DNA of 64,000 bases, taken from NCBI GenBank assembly GCA_951406725.2, contig OX597840.1, positions 23,312,001 through 23,376,000 on the forward strand, read 5' to 3'. The notes under the pieces are model-generated. The model had not been told where the DNA came from. It ran no database searches and worked only from the letters and a program-made list of their open reading frames with translations. This stretch comes from Octopus vulgaris (Eukaryota). Positions 24,956 to 40,260 of this stretch are shown here, piece by piece. Within the stretch, counting starts at the first letter, position 1. Each line of letters starts with the position of its first letter. Both the position numbers and the translations under genes were made by a program.

Positions 24956-25272
24956 GGTAGAGAAAGAGCGATGTCTGTTTTAGCAAACAAAGATACAAGA
25001 CTGCAATGAAAACATCAGAAATCTAGAGTCATTTATTTGTATATTGGTGTGTGTGTGTGCAAGTGTGTCTATGACAGACTTTATATTCCAGGAGTTGGTA
25101 TTATATTAGATTTATAAACATTTTGGTAATGCAGAAATTGGATAAATTTAATAGTTCAGATAAAGAATTACTTCTACAATTTATGAAAAGAGAAATGTCG
25201 TAAATTTGCACTTTTGAATATCTGCCTTTTAAACATACTTGATGTCTTGTATTATTTTTTCTATTCTTTCAG

Positions 25273-25701
25273 AAAATCATATGAAATTGGCTAAAAAGTA
25301 TTTTTTACTTTTAAAGAATCATCAATATGTATCATGTTTGAAAGACTCTGCAAAGATATTCTACAAATGTATACTCCTGCTTCTATAAAACATTGCTGAA
25401 TTACAGTAAAATATTTCCTTTGAGAGAGAAAGCGTTTATTTACTTCTGTGTCTGAAATGTGCAAGAGATAATTTTCTCTTTTAAATATACTTTGATAGAT
25501 TTACAAAGAGTATTTGCGGCATTTTTAAATATTGGCATTGATCACATTTAGAAGAAATATAAAAGAAGTGATATTTGTTTGGAATTAACTATTAAAGCAA
25601 AAAGATGCAAAATATCCATATATTTTGGTGAGAGGAGAAATATTTTTGAAAAGTTGTTGATCTGTACAACTTGAAGGTTCAGTTTTATTTTTCTTGAAGA
25701 G
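25273..25701 (+). promoter_or_regulatory. Acceptor and conserved leader of gene 4
   Basis: TTCTATTCTTTCAG|AAAATC; 429 nt to ATG. Confidence 0.7.
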
Positions 25702-26655
25702 ATGTCGAAAGAATTAGGAAAATCATCATATGACTGTGACATCTGCAAAGAGTCATTCTTAGAAGAAAGTAAATTCAATCTACACAAACAAATCCATGCA
25801 GGGGAACAACAATATCCCTGTGATATCTGTGGTAAATCATTCCATCATGGCAGGAACTTAACAAAACACAAGCATATTCATACAGGGAAGAAACCATTTA
25901 TCTGTGATATCTGTGGTAAATCATTCTCTCAAAGCTGTAACTTAACGAAACATAAACGTATTCATACAGGGGAGAAACCATATCACTGTGATATCTGTGG
26001 TAAATCATTCTCTCGTTATGATTTCTTAGCTATTCACATACGTATTCATACAGCGGACAAACAATACCACTGTGATATCTGTGGTAAATCATTCTATCAA
26101 GAAGGTAACTTAACTCAACACAAACGGGTTCATACAGGAGAGAAGCCTTATTCCTGTGATATCTGTGGTAAATCATTCTCTGTTAGCAGTAGCTTAACTG
26201 CTCACAAGCGTATTCATACAGGTGAGAAACCATATCACTGTGATATCTGTGGTAAATCATTCTATCAGGGAAGTAACTTAACTACTCACAGACGGGTTCA
26301 TGGAGGGGACAAACCATATCACTGTGATATCTGTGGTAAATCATTTTCTCGAGGAGGCAAATTAACTACTCACATATGTGTTCATACAGGTGAGAAACCA
26401 TATCACTGTACTATCTGTGGAAGATCATTCTCTGTTCACAGCAGCTTAACTAAACACAAGCGTATTCATACAGGTGAGAAACCATATCACTGTACTATCT
26501 GTGGAAGATCATTCTCTGTTCACAGCAGCTTCACTAACCACAAGCGTATTCATACAGGTGAGAAACCATATCACTGTACTATCTGTGGAAGATCATTCTT
26601 TGTTCTCAGCTGCTTATCTAAACACAAGCGTATTCATACAGGGGACAAACCATAA
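25702..26655 (+). CDS. C2H2 zinc-finger protein (gene 4), 11 fingers
   Basis: 317-aa ORF; last three fingers are near-identical (CTICGRSF); two further in-frame fingers follow the TAA. Confidence 0.9.
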   Translation: MSKELGKSSYDCDICKESFLEESKFNLHKQIHAGEQQYPCDICGKSFHHGRNLTKHKHIHTGKKPFICDICGKSFSQSCNLTKHKRIHTGEKPYHCDICGKSFSRYDFLAIHIRIHTADKQYHCDICGKSFYQEGNLTQHKRVHTGEKPYSCDICGKSFSVSSSLTAHKRIHTGEKPYHCDICGKSFYQGSNLTTHRRVHGGDKPYHCDICGKSFSRGGKLTTHICVHTGEKPYHCTICGRSFSVHSSLTKHKRIHTGEKPYHCTICGRSFSVHSSFTNHKRIHTGEKPYHCTICGRSFFVLSCLSKHKRIHTGDKP

Positions 26656-26730
26656 CCTTGTAATATTTGTGGTAAATCATTCTCTCAGAACAGTGGCTTC
26701 ATTCACCACAACCGTATTCATACAGGGTAG

Positions 26731-26865
<135 letters not shown>

Positions 26866-27642
26866 TGATTTAAACAGAAGTCTTTCCTTATGAAGTGGGT
26901 CCATAACACAGTGATATTTGTTGTATAACATTTCCACAGAAGAACAAAGGACGTATCTCATAAAGACATCCACAGAATATAGAAACTATATGAATGTGAC
27001 ATCTATAGTAAATCTTTGACATGAAATCATCCATTATTGAATCAAAAGAGCATTGACAGAGGAAGGAAAACATATCACTGTGATGTTAAACCTGAATCAT
27101 TCTTTCAAAATGGTGAATTAATTATACACAGTCCTGTTAATATGAAGAATATGCCATACCCTAAGATATCTGTTAATGATCAGTTATAATATAAATGGAT
27201 TCAAACAGAAGAGGAACCATATCACTACGATGATGATGATCCTCATCATTTAACATTCACTTTTACATTCTTCTATGGATCAGATTGAATTCATTGATAC
27301 CTTCCCTGTTTCCTAGCAAGGAAATATTTTCCCTGCTGAGACATATTTTACACAGAAGACTGGAAATGAACAACTACACAAGTATGATGGCCATTTATGA
27401 ACACCACATAATATTTGGACAAGGGTGCACACACACACACTTATGTATGTCTGAAGATTTTCTTATAGGATATATCTTATAGCTTCTCTACACATCTAAT
27501 AGTTTATAATTCCTATTAGGAAATGAAACACATGTAATGCTGAATAAATAATATCAAACTTTTCTCCACTGTCCTTATGTGTTATGTAATTACTCTGCAA
27601 AAATATCATCCAAACCGCCCACAAAAATAATATATATGTATA

Positions 27643-28129
27643 CCGTAAATCCTTAAGTATAATCCGCATTGTTTTCCCAAAATTTATCGGTCAAAATCCC
27701 TAGTGTGTACTATATACCAGGTTAAAATTGAAAAATATTTTCTAAGCAATGTCCGAGTCTCTATTTTGCTGTCATACTATGTTTATTCAGACGCATTTTG
27801 TGCTGTCAGGCACGAAAATACCTTAAGCTAAGACTGAAAGCAATGAAGTCATAAAATAATCATCCATAACTTGCAATAAGCAACACTTATTAAAATAAAA
27901 GTATTCAGAACACAGAATAACATGTAACAAAAACAAGTTGCAAACATATTTACATTCCCATATAACAGTTAAAAACATCACCATTATTGTATTACGCATG
28001 CGTGGAAGTGTTTGTTTGACTAGGTGCTGCTGGCTTAATGACGCATGACTCAAGTTAGAGAAGGGGTGTGTATTATACACAAGGTTTAGGTGTTATACTC
28101 AAGGGCGGACTATACTCGAGGATTTACAG
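27643..28129. mobile_element. Non-autonomous Tc1/pogo-superfamily DNA element
   Basis: TIR CCGTAAATCCTTAAGTATAATCCGC / GCGGACTATACTCGAGGATTTACAG, flanked by TA. Confidence 0.75.
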
Positions 28130-28159
28130 TATATATATATATAGTAACCAGCTTGTTTG

Positions 28160-28480
28160 TGGTGAAAGTTGGTGTGCATCAGGGATCTGTGTTGTCACCA
28201 TTGTTGTTTGCAAAAGTGGTTGATGTGGAGAAGGAGAATGCAAGAAAGAGACCGTAAATGGAGATACTGTATGCAGATGACCTTGTTCTGATGAGAGAGA
28301 AGTTTTGGAAATGGAAGGAGGCATTTGAAAGCAAGGGTTTGAAGGTAAACCTTGGGAAAACAAAGGTGATAGTGAGTGGGGTGGAAGAAGAAGTGTTGGT
28401 GAGTAAGGTGGATCCATGTGGTGTCTGTGGGAGGAGGGTAATGGCAAATGCAGTGTTGTGTATGACATGTGATAACATTG
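28160..28480 (+). mobile_element. RTE-type LINE RT fragment
   Basis: VGVHQGSVLSPLLF, ILYADDLVL, SKGLKVNLGKTKV and PCGVCG. Confidence 0.8.
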
Positions 28481-28637
28481 GAAAAATCCACATTTTTCAT
28501 TAAAAAAATTAGGACCTGGGTTTGCACCCCCTTAGCAAATTTTGTTGCTGGGCCACTGTTCATATGTGTAGGTAAAATATGTAAAAGAAGAAAACGAGAT
28601 TTCACATGCACACATGAAGCTTGTAAGAACAAATATT

Positions 28638-29047
28638 GGATCTTTTCGGTTTGAACGGCAGTTTTTTCTAGTGGTGTCATATGAAATTGTCACCCATAAT
28701 TATGACCCTAGTATCGATCTATTGTATTTCAATGTGTTTTAGGGTTAGGTGTGGTGGGAAGGGTATCTTTTTTTCTTCATGAATGTAAATAAACCCAATC
28801 TGTTTCTTAAACGAGGGACATATTCATACTGCACAGAATGTTTTTTTTTACCTCAATAGATGTCATTGATTGGTTGAAAATGCAGAAATTGAAGAAAAAA
28901 CATCAAATATCTTACAAAGTATAGAATTTTCTAAAAGCCAAGAGAAAATGATGTTTTATAAACAGGTTGTACCAGTATACGAAGTTTAAAATTTCTTAGT
29001 TGCGTGGAAATTATTTTTAAAAACTGCCGTTTAAACCGAAAAGATCC
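28638..29047. mobile_element. MITE with 8-bp TSD (Merlin-like GG termini)
   Basis: TIR GGATCTTTTCGGTTTGAACGGCAGTTTTT; TSD CAAATATT at 28630-28637 and 29048-29055. Confidence 0.85.
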
Positions 29048-29397
29048 CAAATATTTAAGGCTTTTTTCACCAAGTTTAAAATGCAACACACACACACAAG
29101 AAGAAGCACGCAGTTGACAAGACAACACGTGCTCACGGAAACTCACGGAAAGTTGGTTTTATTGTCTACTCAAAACGAATGATTACACATTTTTTATGTT
29201 GACCCGAAAAATATGAATTAATGTTTGTTGTAAAGAGGAAGAAATCCTCTTAAAGCTGTCATTGTCCACTCTGACTTTAGTTCTAACCACTTCAACATAT
29301 TCTCACATCTTCGTTGACTCTCTCTCTCTTTTCGCATATGCATTACTATGTAAGTATTATATTTATATAAACATTTCTATTGTATATGTGTCATATA

Positions 29398-29625
29398 TAT
29401 TTCTTTACTACCCACAAGGGGCTAAACACAGAGCGGACAAACAAGGACTGACATAGGTAAAAAGTCGATTACATCAACCTCAGTGCGTAACTGGTATTTA
29501 ATTTATCGACCCGGAAAGGATGAAAGGCAAAGTCGACTTCGGCGGAATTTGAACCAAGAACATACCGGCAGACGAAATACCGCTAAGCATTTCGCCCGGC
29601 GTGCTAACGGTTCTACCAGCTCAAT
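29398..29625 (-). mobile_element. SINE family A
   Basis: Matches 46487-46717. Confidence 0.85.
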
Positions 29626-31188
29626 ATACATCTGTTTGTTTCGATGTGGTGAGTAAGTTAAAAGAAAGAATCTCCCCAAACAAACACGAAATTATATGAA
29701 AGTAAGGCTATTATTTTAATACTTTCATTGTGTTGTCGCTTTCTTTTAGACATCTCACTGCACTTTTGGTTATTTTTCTATATTTGTTAACGTCAGATCA
29801 TTATCGTGTTTAGATAACATTTTCTCTGTGTTTCTGACTTGTTAATTTGACAATAATTAAGTTAATTGCGAGAAAATTCCGATGTAATTTATAAAAAAAA
29901 ATGGGAACGTGTAAAAGTACGAGTGTGCACTTGAAATACTGAAACGAAAAGGCACTAACGTCTACAGGAGAAATTAAACGGCTTTGTATTGAAACACTAC
30001 AAAGTACCCAATTTGACCAACAATAAAAATCCGTTTATATAACCTTTTAATTAAAAACTAGTCGTTAGTACATTAAAACGTGGCGGAATTATGATGTAAG
30101 TACGTGCAAACCCCGCTTCTAACTTTTTTCTAATTGTTACAAATTTTTTCGTTTGTCTTCTGCGTAATGGAATTAATACGATTATGCAAAAGAAAGAATA
30201 AAAGAAAAATTTTTAACCGACTCCCTCCATCCTAATTCCAAAACTTTCCACTGTTTTTCTTTTTTAATTCCTAGTTTTAACTGGTGAACCTCATGAGGGT
30301 GCTTGGTTTGTTCCAGCGCACCACCCGTTATAACGCTGTAACCTTGCTGCCGTGCCTCAATAGTCTTTGGTGGGGTTCCACAGCGCCCCAAAATTTGCAA
30401 ACGAAGTAGGTGAATTCATTTCTTTTTTTTACCTTGTTTTAAATACTTCAAAATCCAAATTGCCTAAATATGGGCCGAAATTTTTATGCGTGCTAGAAAC
30501 GGTTTAAAATGTCGGAGGTAAAGAACGAGTCCACCACCCGTTTTCGGCCTAACTAAAACCAACCCTAAAGACCGGGTGTACGTATTCCTTACTGTCGCCG
30601 TTAAAAATTAAGGAAATAGATTTGGGGGAGATCTCTTATTATGACTGACTTTTATTTCATTATTCTAATATCTTTTGAAACTTATGCATATATAAATACA
30701 TACAATATATATATATAAACATATACACATAGATTTTTACATAATTAGCTTTATATTCATCCTTGTATGTTGACATTATTACCCGGGAACGAGATGGAAA
30801 AAAAAAGTGGAACTGGTGTAAAAAAATAAAGACGATAGGGAACGAATCTGAAAACAAAAAGGCCTGGAAAGCAACGGGGGTGGGGAGAGGCCTTCGGAAA
30901 ATTCACAAGATCCGATGCTTTTCCCTCATAGCTCTAAAATGGGTTTTTAAAAATGAAATTTTATATAAATACCTTTCAGACGGTATAGATTAGGATTATA
31001 AAGAAATTTGTGGGGAAAAGCTTTTCAGAGGGGGTGGGGAGAGGACGTCGGATAATTCACAAGATCCGAGTTTTTCCCTCGTAACTTTGAGGAAAATATA
31101 ATCCTTTTGAAATCACAAATTAGGCTTTTCCTCGGGAACTTCGATGCTAAACATCCCTTTGAAGGGTTCAGGTCTTTACTTCTACCGT

Positions 31189-31223
<35 letters not shown>

Positions 31224-31229
<6 letters not shown>

Positions 31230-31405
31230 GCTTAGCAGTATTTTGTCTGTCTTTACGTTCTGAGTTCAAATTCCGCCAAGGTCGATTTTGCCCTTCATCC
31301 TTTCGGGGTCGATAAGTTAAGTACGAGTTGTGTACTGGGATCCATCTGATTGACTGGCCCTTCCTCAAAAACTTCAAGCTTTGTGCCTTAGAGTAGAAAA
31401 GAATG
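31224..31405 (+). mobile_element. SINE family A (duplicate of 1452-1632)
   Basis: Same truncation point after (TA)n. Confidence 0.8.
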
Positions 31406-31923
31406 TTGATTCTTTACTGACTTTTCTCCCTGTTTCATTCTCAACAAAATTTTGACATTAAGCTGCCCGTATCTATGTATTTGTGTATTTACGAATGTAC
31501 AGAATGAGGCAGAGGTGGAGTGATGTCTATGTTACCAAACAAAGCTGTGTTAATACGACACATGACTGAGGTGAAACCATCAGATATCTAGTGTCATTGA
31601 CATGTATGTTGGTGTGTGTCTAGGACAGACGCAATGTCCAGGAGGTGTTATTAGGATAGAGGTGAAACCATCAGATATCTAGTGTCATTGACATGTATGT
31701 TGGTGTGTGTCTAGGACAGACGCAATGTCCAGGAGGTGTTATTAGGATAGATGTGTCTGTGATATAAACCTCTTGAAAATAGAGAGATGGGATAATTTTA
31801 ATACTTCGTATAAAGAATTACTCCTACAATTTATGAAAAGAGAAATGTCGTAAATTTGCACTTTTGAATATCTGCCTTTTAAACATACTTGATGTCTTAT
31901 ATTATTTTTTCGTATTCTTTCAG

Positions 31924-32352
31924 AAAATCACATGAAATTGGTTAAAAAGTATTCTTTACTTTTAAAGAATCATCAATATGTATCATGTTTGAAAGACTCT
32001 GCAAAGATATTCTACAAACGTATAATCCTGCTTCTATAAAACATTGCTGAATTACAGTAAAATATTTCCTCTGAGAGAGAAAGCATTTCTTTACTTCTGT
32101 GTCTGAAATGTGCAGAAGATAATTTTCTCTTTTAAATATACTTTGATAGATTTCCAAAGAGTATTTGCAACATTTTTAAATATTGGCATTGATCACATTT
32201 AGAAGAAATATAAAAGAAGTGATATTTGTTTGGAATAAACTATTAAAGCAAAAAGAAGCAAAATATCCATATATTTTGGTGAGAAGAGAAATATTATTGA
32301 AAAGTTGTTAATCTGTACAACTTGAAGGTTCAGGTTTATTTTTCTTGAAGAG
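31924..32352 (+). promoter_or_regulatory. Acceptor and conserved leader of gene 5
   Basis: TATTCTTTCAG|AAAATC; 429 nt to ATG. Confidence 0.7.
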
Positions 32353-33306
32353 ATGTCGAAAGAATTAGGAAAATCATCATATGACTGTGACATCTGCAAA
32401 GAGTCATTCTTAGAAGAAAGTAAATTCAATCAACACAAACAAATTCATACAGAGGAAGCACCATATCACTGTAGTATCTGTGGTAAATCATTCTCTGCTG
32501 GCAGTAGCCTAACTACACACAAACGTATTCATACAGGGGAGAAACCATATACCTGTAATATCTGTGGTAAATCATTCTCTGTTGGCAGTAGCTTAACTAA
32601 ACATAAACGTATACATACAGGAGAGAAACCATATACCTGTAATATCTGTGGTAAATCATTCTCTGTTGGCAGTAGCTTAACTAAACATAAACGTATTCAT
32701 ACAGGAGAGAAACCATATACCTGTAATATCTGTGGTAAATCATTCTCTGCTGGCAGTAGCCTAACTACACACAAACGTATTCATATAGGGGAGAAACCAT
32801 ATCACTGTGATATCTGTGGTAAATCATTCTCTTGTACTCATAGCTTAGATATTCACAAGCGTATTCATATAGGGGACAAACCATATCACTGTGATATCTG
32901 CGGTAAATCATTCTCTGGTGGCAGCAACTTAACTAAACATAAACGTATTCATACAGGAGACAAACCATATCCCTGTGATATCTGTGGTATATCATTCTCA
33001 GATGGCAGTAGCTTAACTAAACATAAACGTATTCATACAGGAGACAAACCATATCCCTGTGATATCTGTGGTAAATCATTCTCTCAGAACAGTAGCTTAA
33101 ATAACCACAAACGTATTCATACAGGGGAGAAACCATACCACTGTGATATCTGTGGTAAATCATTCTCTGTTAGCAGTACCTTGACTGCACATAAACGTAT
33201 TCACACAGGTGAGGAACCATATCGCTGTGACATCTGTGGTAAATCATTCTCACAAAAACATCACTCAATTAAACACAAGTGTATTCGTTATGAAGTTGAT
33301 CCATAA
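32353..33306 (+). CDS. C2H2 zinc-finger protein (gene 5), 10 fingers plus a degenerate last finger
   Basis: 317-aa ORF; fingers 3 and 4 are identical in protein; C-terminus [10 protein letters not shown] is shared with gene 2 (HKCIRYAKDP). Confidence 0.9.
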   Translation: MSKELGKSSYDCDICKESFLEESKFNQHKQIHTEEAPYHCSICGKSFSAGSSLTTHKRIHTGEKPYTCNICGKSFSVGSSLTKHKRIHTGEKPYTCNICGKSFSVGSSLTKHKRIHTGEKPYTCNICGKSFSAGSSLTTHKRIHIGEKPYHCDICGKSFSCTHSLDIHKRIHIGDKPYHCDICGKSFSGGSNLTKHKRIHTGDKPYPCDICGISFSDGSSLTKHKRIHTGDKPYPCDICGKSFSQNSSLNNHKRIHTGEKPYHCDICGKSFSVSSTLTAHKRIHTGEEPYRCDICGKSFSQKHHSIKHKCIRYEVDP

Positions 33307-35396
33307 CACAGTGACATTGGTTGTATAACATTCCTTCAGAAGGACAAGTTTGTATCTCATAAAACCCTCTACACAAGAAAGAAACTATATCAATGTGATA
33401 TCAATGGTAAGCCTTTCATTTGAAATGATCTATTAACGAATCAAAAGAGCATTGACAGAGGAAGGAAAACATATCACTGTGATAGCAGTACTTAATCATT
33501 CTATGGAGATGGAGAATTATACACAGTCCTATTAATATGAAAGATAAAACCATACCCTAAGACATTTGTGCTAAGTCAATCTATGAAAATGATCAATTAT
33601 TAAAACATAACTGCATTCATACAGAAGAGGAACCATATCACTACAAAGATGATAATCATCATCATTTAAAATTCGCTTTTCCATGCTTCAATGGATCAGA
33701 TGGAATTCATTGATGGAGATTTTCCTGAGCTGGGTACCCTTTCTTGTCACCAATCCTCACGTGTTTCCAAGCAAGGAAATATTTTCCCTGGTGAGACATA
33801 TTTTACGCAGAGAACTGGAAATGAAGAACTGCACAAGTATGACGGTCATGATGGCCATTTACGGACATCACATAATATCTGGACAAGGGTACACTCACCT
33901 GTGCACACACACACACACACATGTATATATGTATGTATGAAGAATTTCTTATAGGAGATATTTTACATGTTTTCTCTTTGTCTAAAAGTTTGTAATTCCT
34001 ATTAGGTAATGAAACACATGTAATGCTGAATAAATACTATCAAACTGTTTTCCAGTCTCCTTATGTGATATGTAATTATTCTGCAAAAAATATTGTCCAA
34101 ACCTCAGACAAAAATAATATTTATGTATTTATATAATAACCAGCTTGTTTCTACAGCTGTTATGCTTTCATTAGATTAGTGGAATAAATGAGGGGTGGGG
34201 ACAGAAGTGGAGAAAAGGGAGGGAGAAATAGAGTAAGGTGATCTTATATTAATTCTGCTTCTCATTCTGTTACTTAGCTCGTCAGTAACACTTTCATGTT
34301 ATTAGAGAAAAGATGATAAGACAAATAGAGAAAGAAAGAAAAGGGAGAGACAAAAGACTAAGAAAGAAGCAAGCATGACATGTGATAGGGGGAATGTAAT
34401 AGTTATTTTATGGTTAAAAAAGCTAGCTGAAGGTAGTGATATAGAGAAGAGTTAGAAATATAATCTTAGCAGAGGGGTGATGTTCTGATGTTGATATTAA
34501 AGAAAGGAACACACAGAGAGAGAGATGATGATGGTGGTGGTGGTGTGTTGCCATATAACAGCTATTTACGATACAGGACTCAAAATAGCTGTTACGTGGT
34601 AGTAGGGCATGCAAGAAATAGTGGCCGAATCTTTCTTTTTCTAAGGAAAGGAGCCGTTTACGTATAATTTCAATGTCACATACATTAAAAGCATGTAAAA
34701 TAACCCAGAAAAATAATAAAACAAAACTCTGTTAGTGGGGAAACTCCAAGGTCCCCCCCCTTTCTTTTCTGGAAGAATGTGGCGGGTGGTGGGTTTGGAC
34801 TGAGCATCATTGAATGCACTCAAAAAAACATGTGGAAAAAATTATTTCACACCAAAGTACAAACGGGTCCTTTATGAAAAAGAAAGGACGGGTCATTCGA
34901 AGCTTTCTGTCCCCTGTAAAGAACCAGGTCATCCTCGCAATTTCGGCTGATTAATCTTGAGATTGCTCCAATCTGGCCAGCCCCAAGAAAAAAGTAAGCT
35001 AAGAGCATCAGATTCCTTGGAAGAAAGCATGGAATGTATACGAAAATAAGGACGGAAAAACAGACGATGTTACACAAATATAAATACAAAATACAATAAA
35101 AATATTAATAATAATAACAGGACATAACAACAGGTGTCTTTCGACTGGGGACGAATTGAATTCAGCTGGTGTGTGTGGAAATGAAGCCTTACGGCGAGAT
35201 ACATAACTTTGACAAACATATGGAAGAATATCGATGTTACACTGACCGTGGTCAGACGCAAAAAGAGGGTTAGCCATCTGGCCTATCGGTCACTTGGGAA
35301 GAGAAGAGAGAGAAAAAGAGGAACAAAAGAATTAAGGAGGGGAAAGAGAAGAGAGAGAGTTGTAGAAGCAGATGAACAGAAGAATTAAGGAGGGGC

Positions 35397-35430
<34 letters not shown>

Positions 35431-35805
35431 TGTTATGAAAGTCTTTTCCTTGGGAAGTAAAATAGTGGATTTCATTTGGGGCATATAGATTTGAACCTGA
35501 AAACAGCATTTTCCCACAGAAAAACAGTAGTTGACAACAGTGACACGCCACACATACCCTCTGCCAGGCCAATTTATGTTTTCCTACTTGAGCCCTAACC
35601 TCTTCTATACCACCAAAAGTCAAAATTAAATGAAGAGCTACCTACATCAGTTTCCCCATTGTTCTCAGCAATATGCCTCTCTTTCTCGCTATATTGCACT
35701 TATAAAATACTAGAATTTCGTAAAGCAAAAGCCATTTGGTGAAATGAGATGACCAGAGACAGCCATGATACATACAACTTTCGCCAGCTCATCTTTCTCT
35801 AGCAA

Positions 35806-36178
35806 AGGTACAGGAATGGCTGTGTGGTAAGTAGCTTGCTAACCAACCACATGGTTCTGGGTTCAGTCCCACTGCGTGGCACCTTGGGCAAGTGTCTTCT
35901 ACTATAGCCCCGGGCCGACCAAAGCCTTGTGAGTGGATTTGGTACACGGAAACTGAAAGAAGCTCGTCGTATATATGTATATATATATATGTGTGTTTGT
36001 GTGTCTGAGTTTGTCCCACCAACATTGCCTGACAACCGATGCTGGTGTGTTTGCATCTCCGTAACTTAGCGGTTCGGCAAAAGAGACTGATAGAATAAGT
36101 CCTGGGGTCGAGTTGCTCGACTAAAGGTGGTGCTCCAGCATGGCCGCAGTCAAATGACTGAAACAAGTAAAAAAAAAA
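35806..36178 (+). mobile_element. SINE family B, full length
   Basis: A/B-box head, CCTTGGGCAAGT, internal (TA)/(TG) tract, A-rich tail. Confidence 0.9.
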
Positions 36179-36489
36179 GCGACAGGCTTTAAGGAAAGCA
36201 TCGTTCAGTCTTCCTCCTGAACTTGCTGCCGTTCTCTCTCCCTCTGTGGTAAGAGATTAACATAACATAGTACAACATACAAGAGGGTCAGTAGAGTTAC
36301 CTCGCCTGTTTGCTTGGATTGGCATGCTGAGAGTTTGGAATAAACAAAGGAAATCTGTGACTGCGACCTCTGACATTGGACTTTCTGTCAACAAGGACCG
36401 ACATAATCATTTTGTAACAACTCTGCACTTTGAACTGAAATATTTTCATAATGGCTCCGTACCTTGCTCTCAACTTCATTATAACAGCT

Positions 36490-37190
36490 TTATCTACATG
36501 TAGTTTCAGCTCACGAGCTGTGGCCATGCTGGGGCACCGCCATTTGGTTTTGCTACATGATTTTACTTCACGAATGCTTTTTAGCAATTGCCATTTGGTG
36601 CATTAGAGAGTTTGATGCAGCTGCCCTCATCTGCACCTCCCGCTGTGAAGTTGGTTCATCTGGGACACCTGACAAGAAGAGATCCAGTTTTATTTTAAAG
36701 ACATCTGCATCCACCCCATGCAGGTCTCTCAGGTTCTTCGGGAGGATATTGAAGAGCTTTGGGCCTCTGAAGCCCAGGCTATCACAATATCTTGTCCTAC
36801 ATCTTGATGGCAAATTTGGAGTCCTTGGCACTATGCAGTGGCGCCCAGTTCTGGCATTTGTGTAACTCTCGATGCCAAAGTTTGGGACAAGTCCTTCTAG
36901 GATCTTCCAGATGTATATTATGGCATATCTTTCTCGCCTACGCTCTAAGGAATAGAGTCTTAATCTCTTGAGTCTTTCCCAGTAGCTTATATGCTGCACA
37001 GAGACTATCTTCTTCATTGGATCGCCTCAAGTTCTGTGATTAACTTGACACTGGATGGTGACCATAGCTGAGAGCAATACTCAAAGTAACTTAGGACAAG
37101 TGTCCTCTAGAGGACCAGCATGGTTTCCTGGTCTCTTTTTCTAAAGGTTCTAAGAATCCATCCGGATTGTGCTGTCCTTGTTGCAAGTTT
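36490..37190 (-). mobile_element. 3' portion of CR1/L2-group LINE
   Basis: YWERLKRLRLYSLERRRERYAIIYIWKILEG..FKIKLDLFLSGVPDEP; tail GGTGCCCCAGCATGGCCACAGCTC..GCTGAAAC. Confidence 0.85.
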
Positions 37191-38313
37191 TTGCCATTTT
37201 TCTCAATACATAATCGAATCATAAAAACCTGTTGTATTTGTTGTTTCCTTTGTCTAACTGTAACAAAATATAGGAAAGGTTTATAATCTAAATTGTGTCA
37301 TCTTGAAGTATATATGCTGACTCCACTACTCCAAAGTTGTACATTAGATGTATTTGTATCGATTGCTATTTTCCAGTAAATATTTGTGCCTTGTTCTACC
37401 ACTCACCTGTTTTTATGTGTATAATTCTACCCTTGTGGGGCTTTATTTTACTGGAAAGTAATACATTTGTATTGCAATATTATATATATACATAGGTAGG
37501 TTATAATATAAATTGTGTCATCTTGAAGTATATATGCTGACTCCACTACTCCAAAGTTGTACATTAGATGTTATACTTGAAAAATAGTTTTGCAGAGTAA
37601 GTATATAACACAAGAGGAGATTGGAAAAAGTTTTTGGTATTATTTATTCATCATTACATGTGTTTCATTTGCTAACAGGAATTACAAAATTTTATATAGA
37701 GAGGAAGGGAAACATGTCAGATATCTCCCATTAGAAATTATTCATACATACGTCACCATTTATTGTTTACTTTCCATGCTGGCATGGGTTAGACAGTTCG
37801 ACTGGAATTGGCAAGCCACAGAACTGCACCAAGTTGCACTCTGATTTGGCAGTGTGTATATGGCTGGATGCTCTTCCTAATGCCAACCACTCCAAGAGCA
37901 TAATGGATGCTTTTTAAATACGTATATATTTATAGATGTGTGTCTGTGTGTGTACCCTTCACTGGATATCACACGATACTAGTAAATGACGACCTTTCTC
38001 ATACAAATGCAGTTGTTCGTTTCAAGTCTTTTGCAGAAAATATGTCTCACCATGGAAAATATTTCCTTGCTTGGAAACAAGTGAGGATTGGTGACAAGAA
38101 AGGCAGGCATGCAGCTGCAGAGAATCTCCATCAATGAATTCTATGTGATCCATAGAAGCATGGAAAAGTGGATGTTCAATGATGGTGATGATGATGATTG
38201 TAGAGAAAAAAATATTACTGTGTTACGAATCCAATTGATAAGGAATGCACTTTTGTTTAATTCAGCAATGATTTCAATATGAATATGCTTGTGTTTAGTT
38301 AAATTATGATTTT

Positions 38314-39459
<1,146 letters not shown>

Positions 39460-39757
39460 CTGAAAGAATAGAAAAAATAATATAAGGCATAGAATATGTT
39501 TAAAAGGCAGATATTCAAAAATGCAAATTTATGCCATTTCTGTTTTAATGGATTGTAGAAGTAAACCTGCATTCAAACTAATAAACTTACCCAAAAGTTA
39601 ATAAATTACGAGCAGATTCAATAATTATAATAGCAACTCCTGGACATTAAATCTGTGACACACACGCTCTTTCTCTCTCACACACACACACACACCAATG
39701 TTCATGGCCTAGATGACCAATGTTTTCACCTTGGAGTTCTATCTTGTCAACACAGAT

Positions 39758-40042
39758 GTGGAGGCACATGGCCCAGCGGTTAGAACAACGGACCCATGGT
39801 TGAGGGATCACAGGTTCAAATCTCAGACCAAGCAATGTGTGTGTTTATGAGTGAAACACCTATTCTCCGGCAGAAGGTAATGGCGAAACTTCTGCTGACT
39901 CTTTCGCCACATCTTTCTCTCACTCTTTCCTCCTGCATCTTGCAGCTCACCTTCGACGGACCAGCGTCTTGTCCAGGTGGGGAATCTATACACTAAGGAA
40001 ACCAGCCCTTATGAGCCAGGCATGGCTCGAGAAGGAACAAGT
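39758..40042 (+). mobile_element. SINE family C, full length with 9-bp TSD
   Basis: tRNA-like head TGGCCCAGCGG..GGTTCAAATC; TSD AACACAGAT at 39749 and 40043. Confidence 0.85.
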
Positions 40043-40109
40043 AACACAGATATCACACCTGTCTTGCCACCTGAATAGGCAGGTGCATTGTCACTCACCA
40101 GAGGCATCG

Positions 40110-40260
40110 AATTGTGGCCCTTTCCAATGAATAGCATCCCGCAAACGTCACAGTAGAACTCCTGGTTTACTGTCTGACCAGGTGGAGCATACTCATGATG
40201 AACAATCCCCTGGAGTCAAAGAAAACGGTCAACAGTGTCTCGACATTCGTCAGTCTTCGA
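40110..40260 (-). mobile_element. mariner transposase relic
   Basis: TVFFDSRG..HEYAPPGQTVN across a frameshift. Confidence 0.65.

Noticed and set aside
25280-25388. 35-codon uORF MKLAKKYF.. as a conserved peptide
   Set aside because: The ATG is lost in genes 2 and 3 and the frame is broken in gene 1.
30065-30610. Weak terminal inverted similarity with TTAA
   Set aside because: Match too degenerate to call boundaries.
31942-32429. Recurrent antisense ORFs over the leader (also 2314, 12204, 25548, 59680)
   Set aside because: Not open in all paralogs, non-ATG starts; explained by DNA-level identity.
34545-35400. Possible solo LTR or other TE
   Set aside because: No second copy, TSD or coding motif that I could establish in the window.
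39758-39835. tRNA gene (also SINE heads at 3211, 35806, 46717, 47595)
   Set aside because: A/B boxes only, no full cloverleaf, and continuous with SINE bodies.
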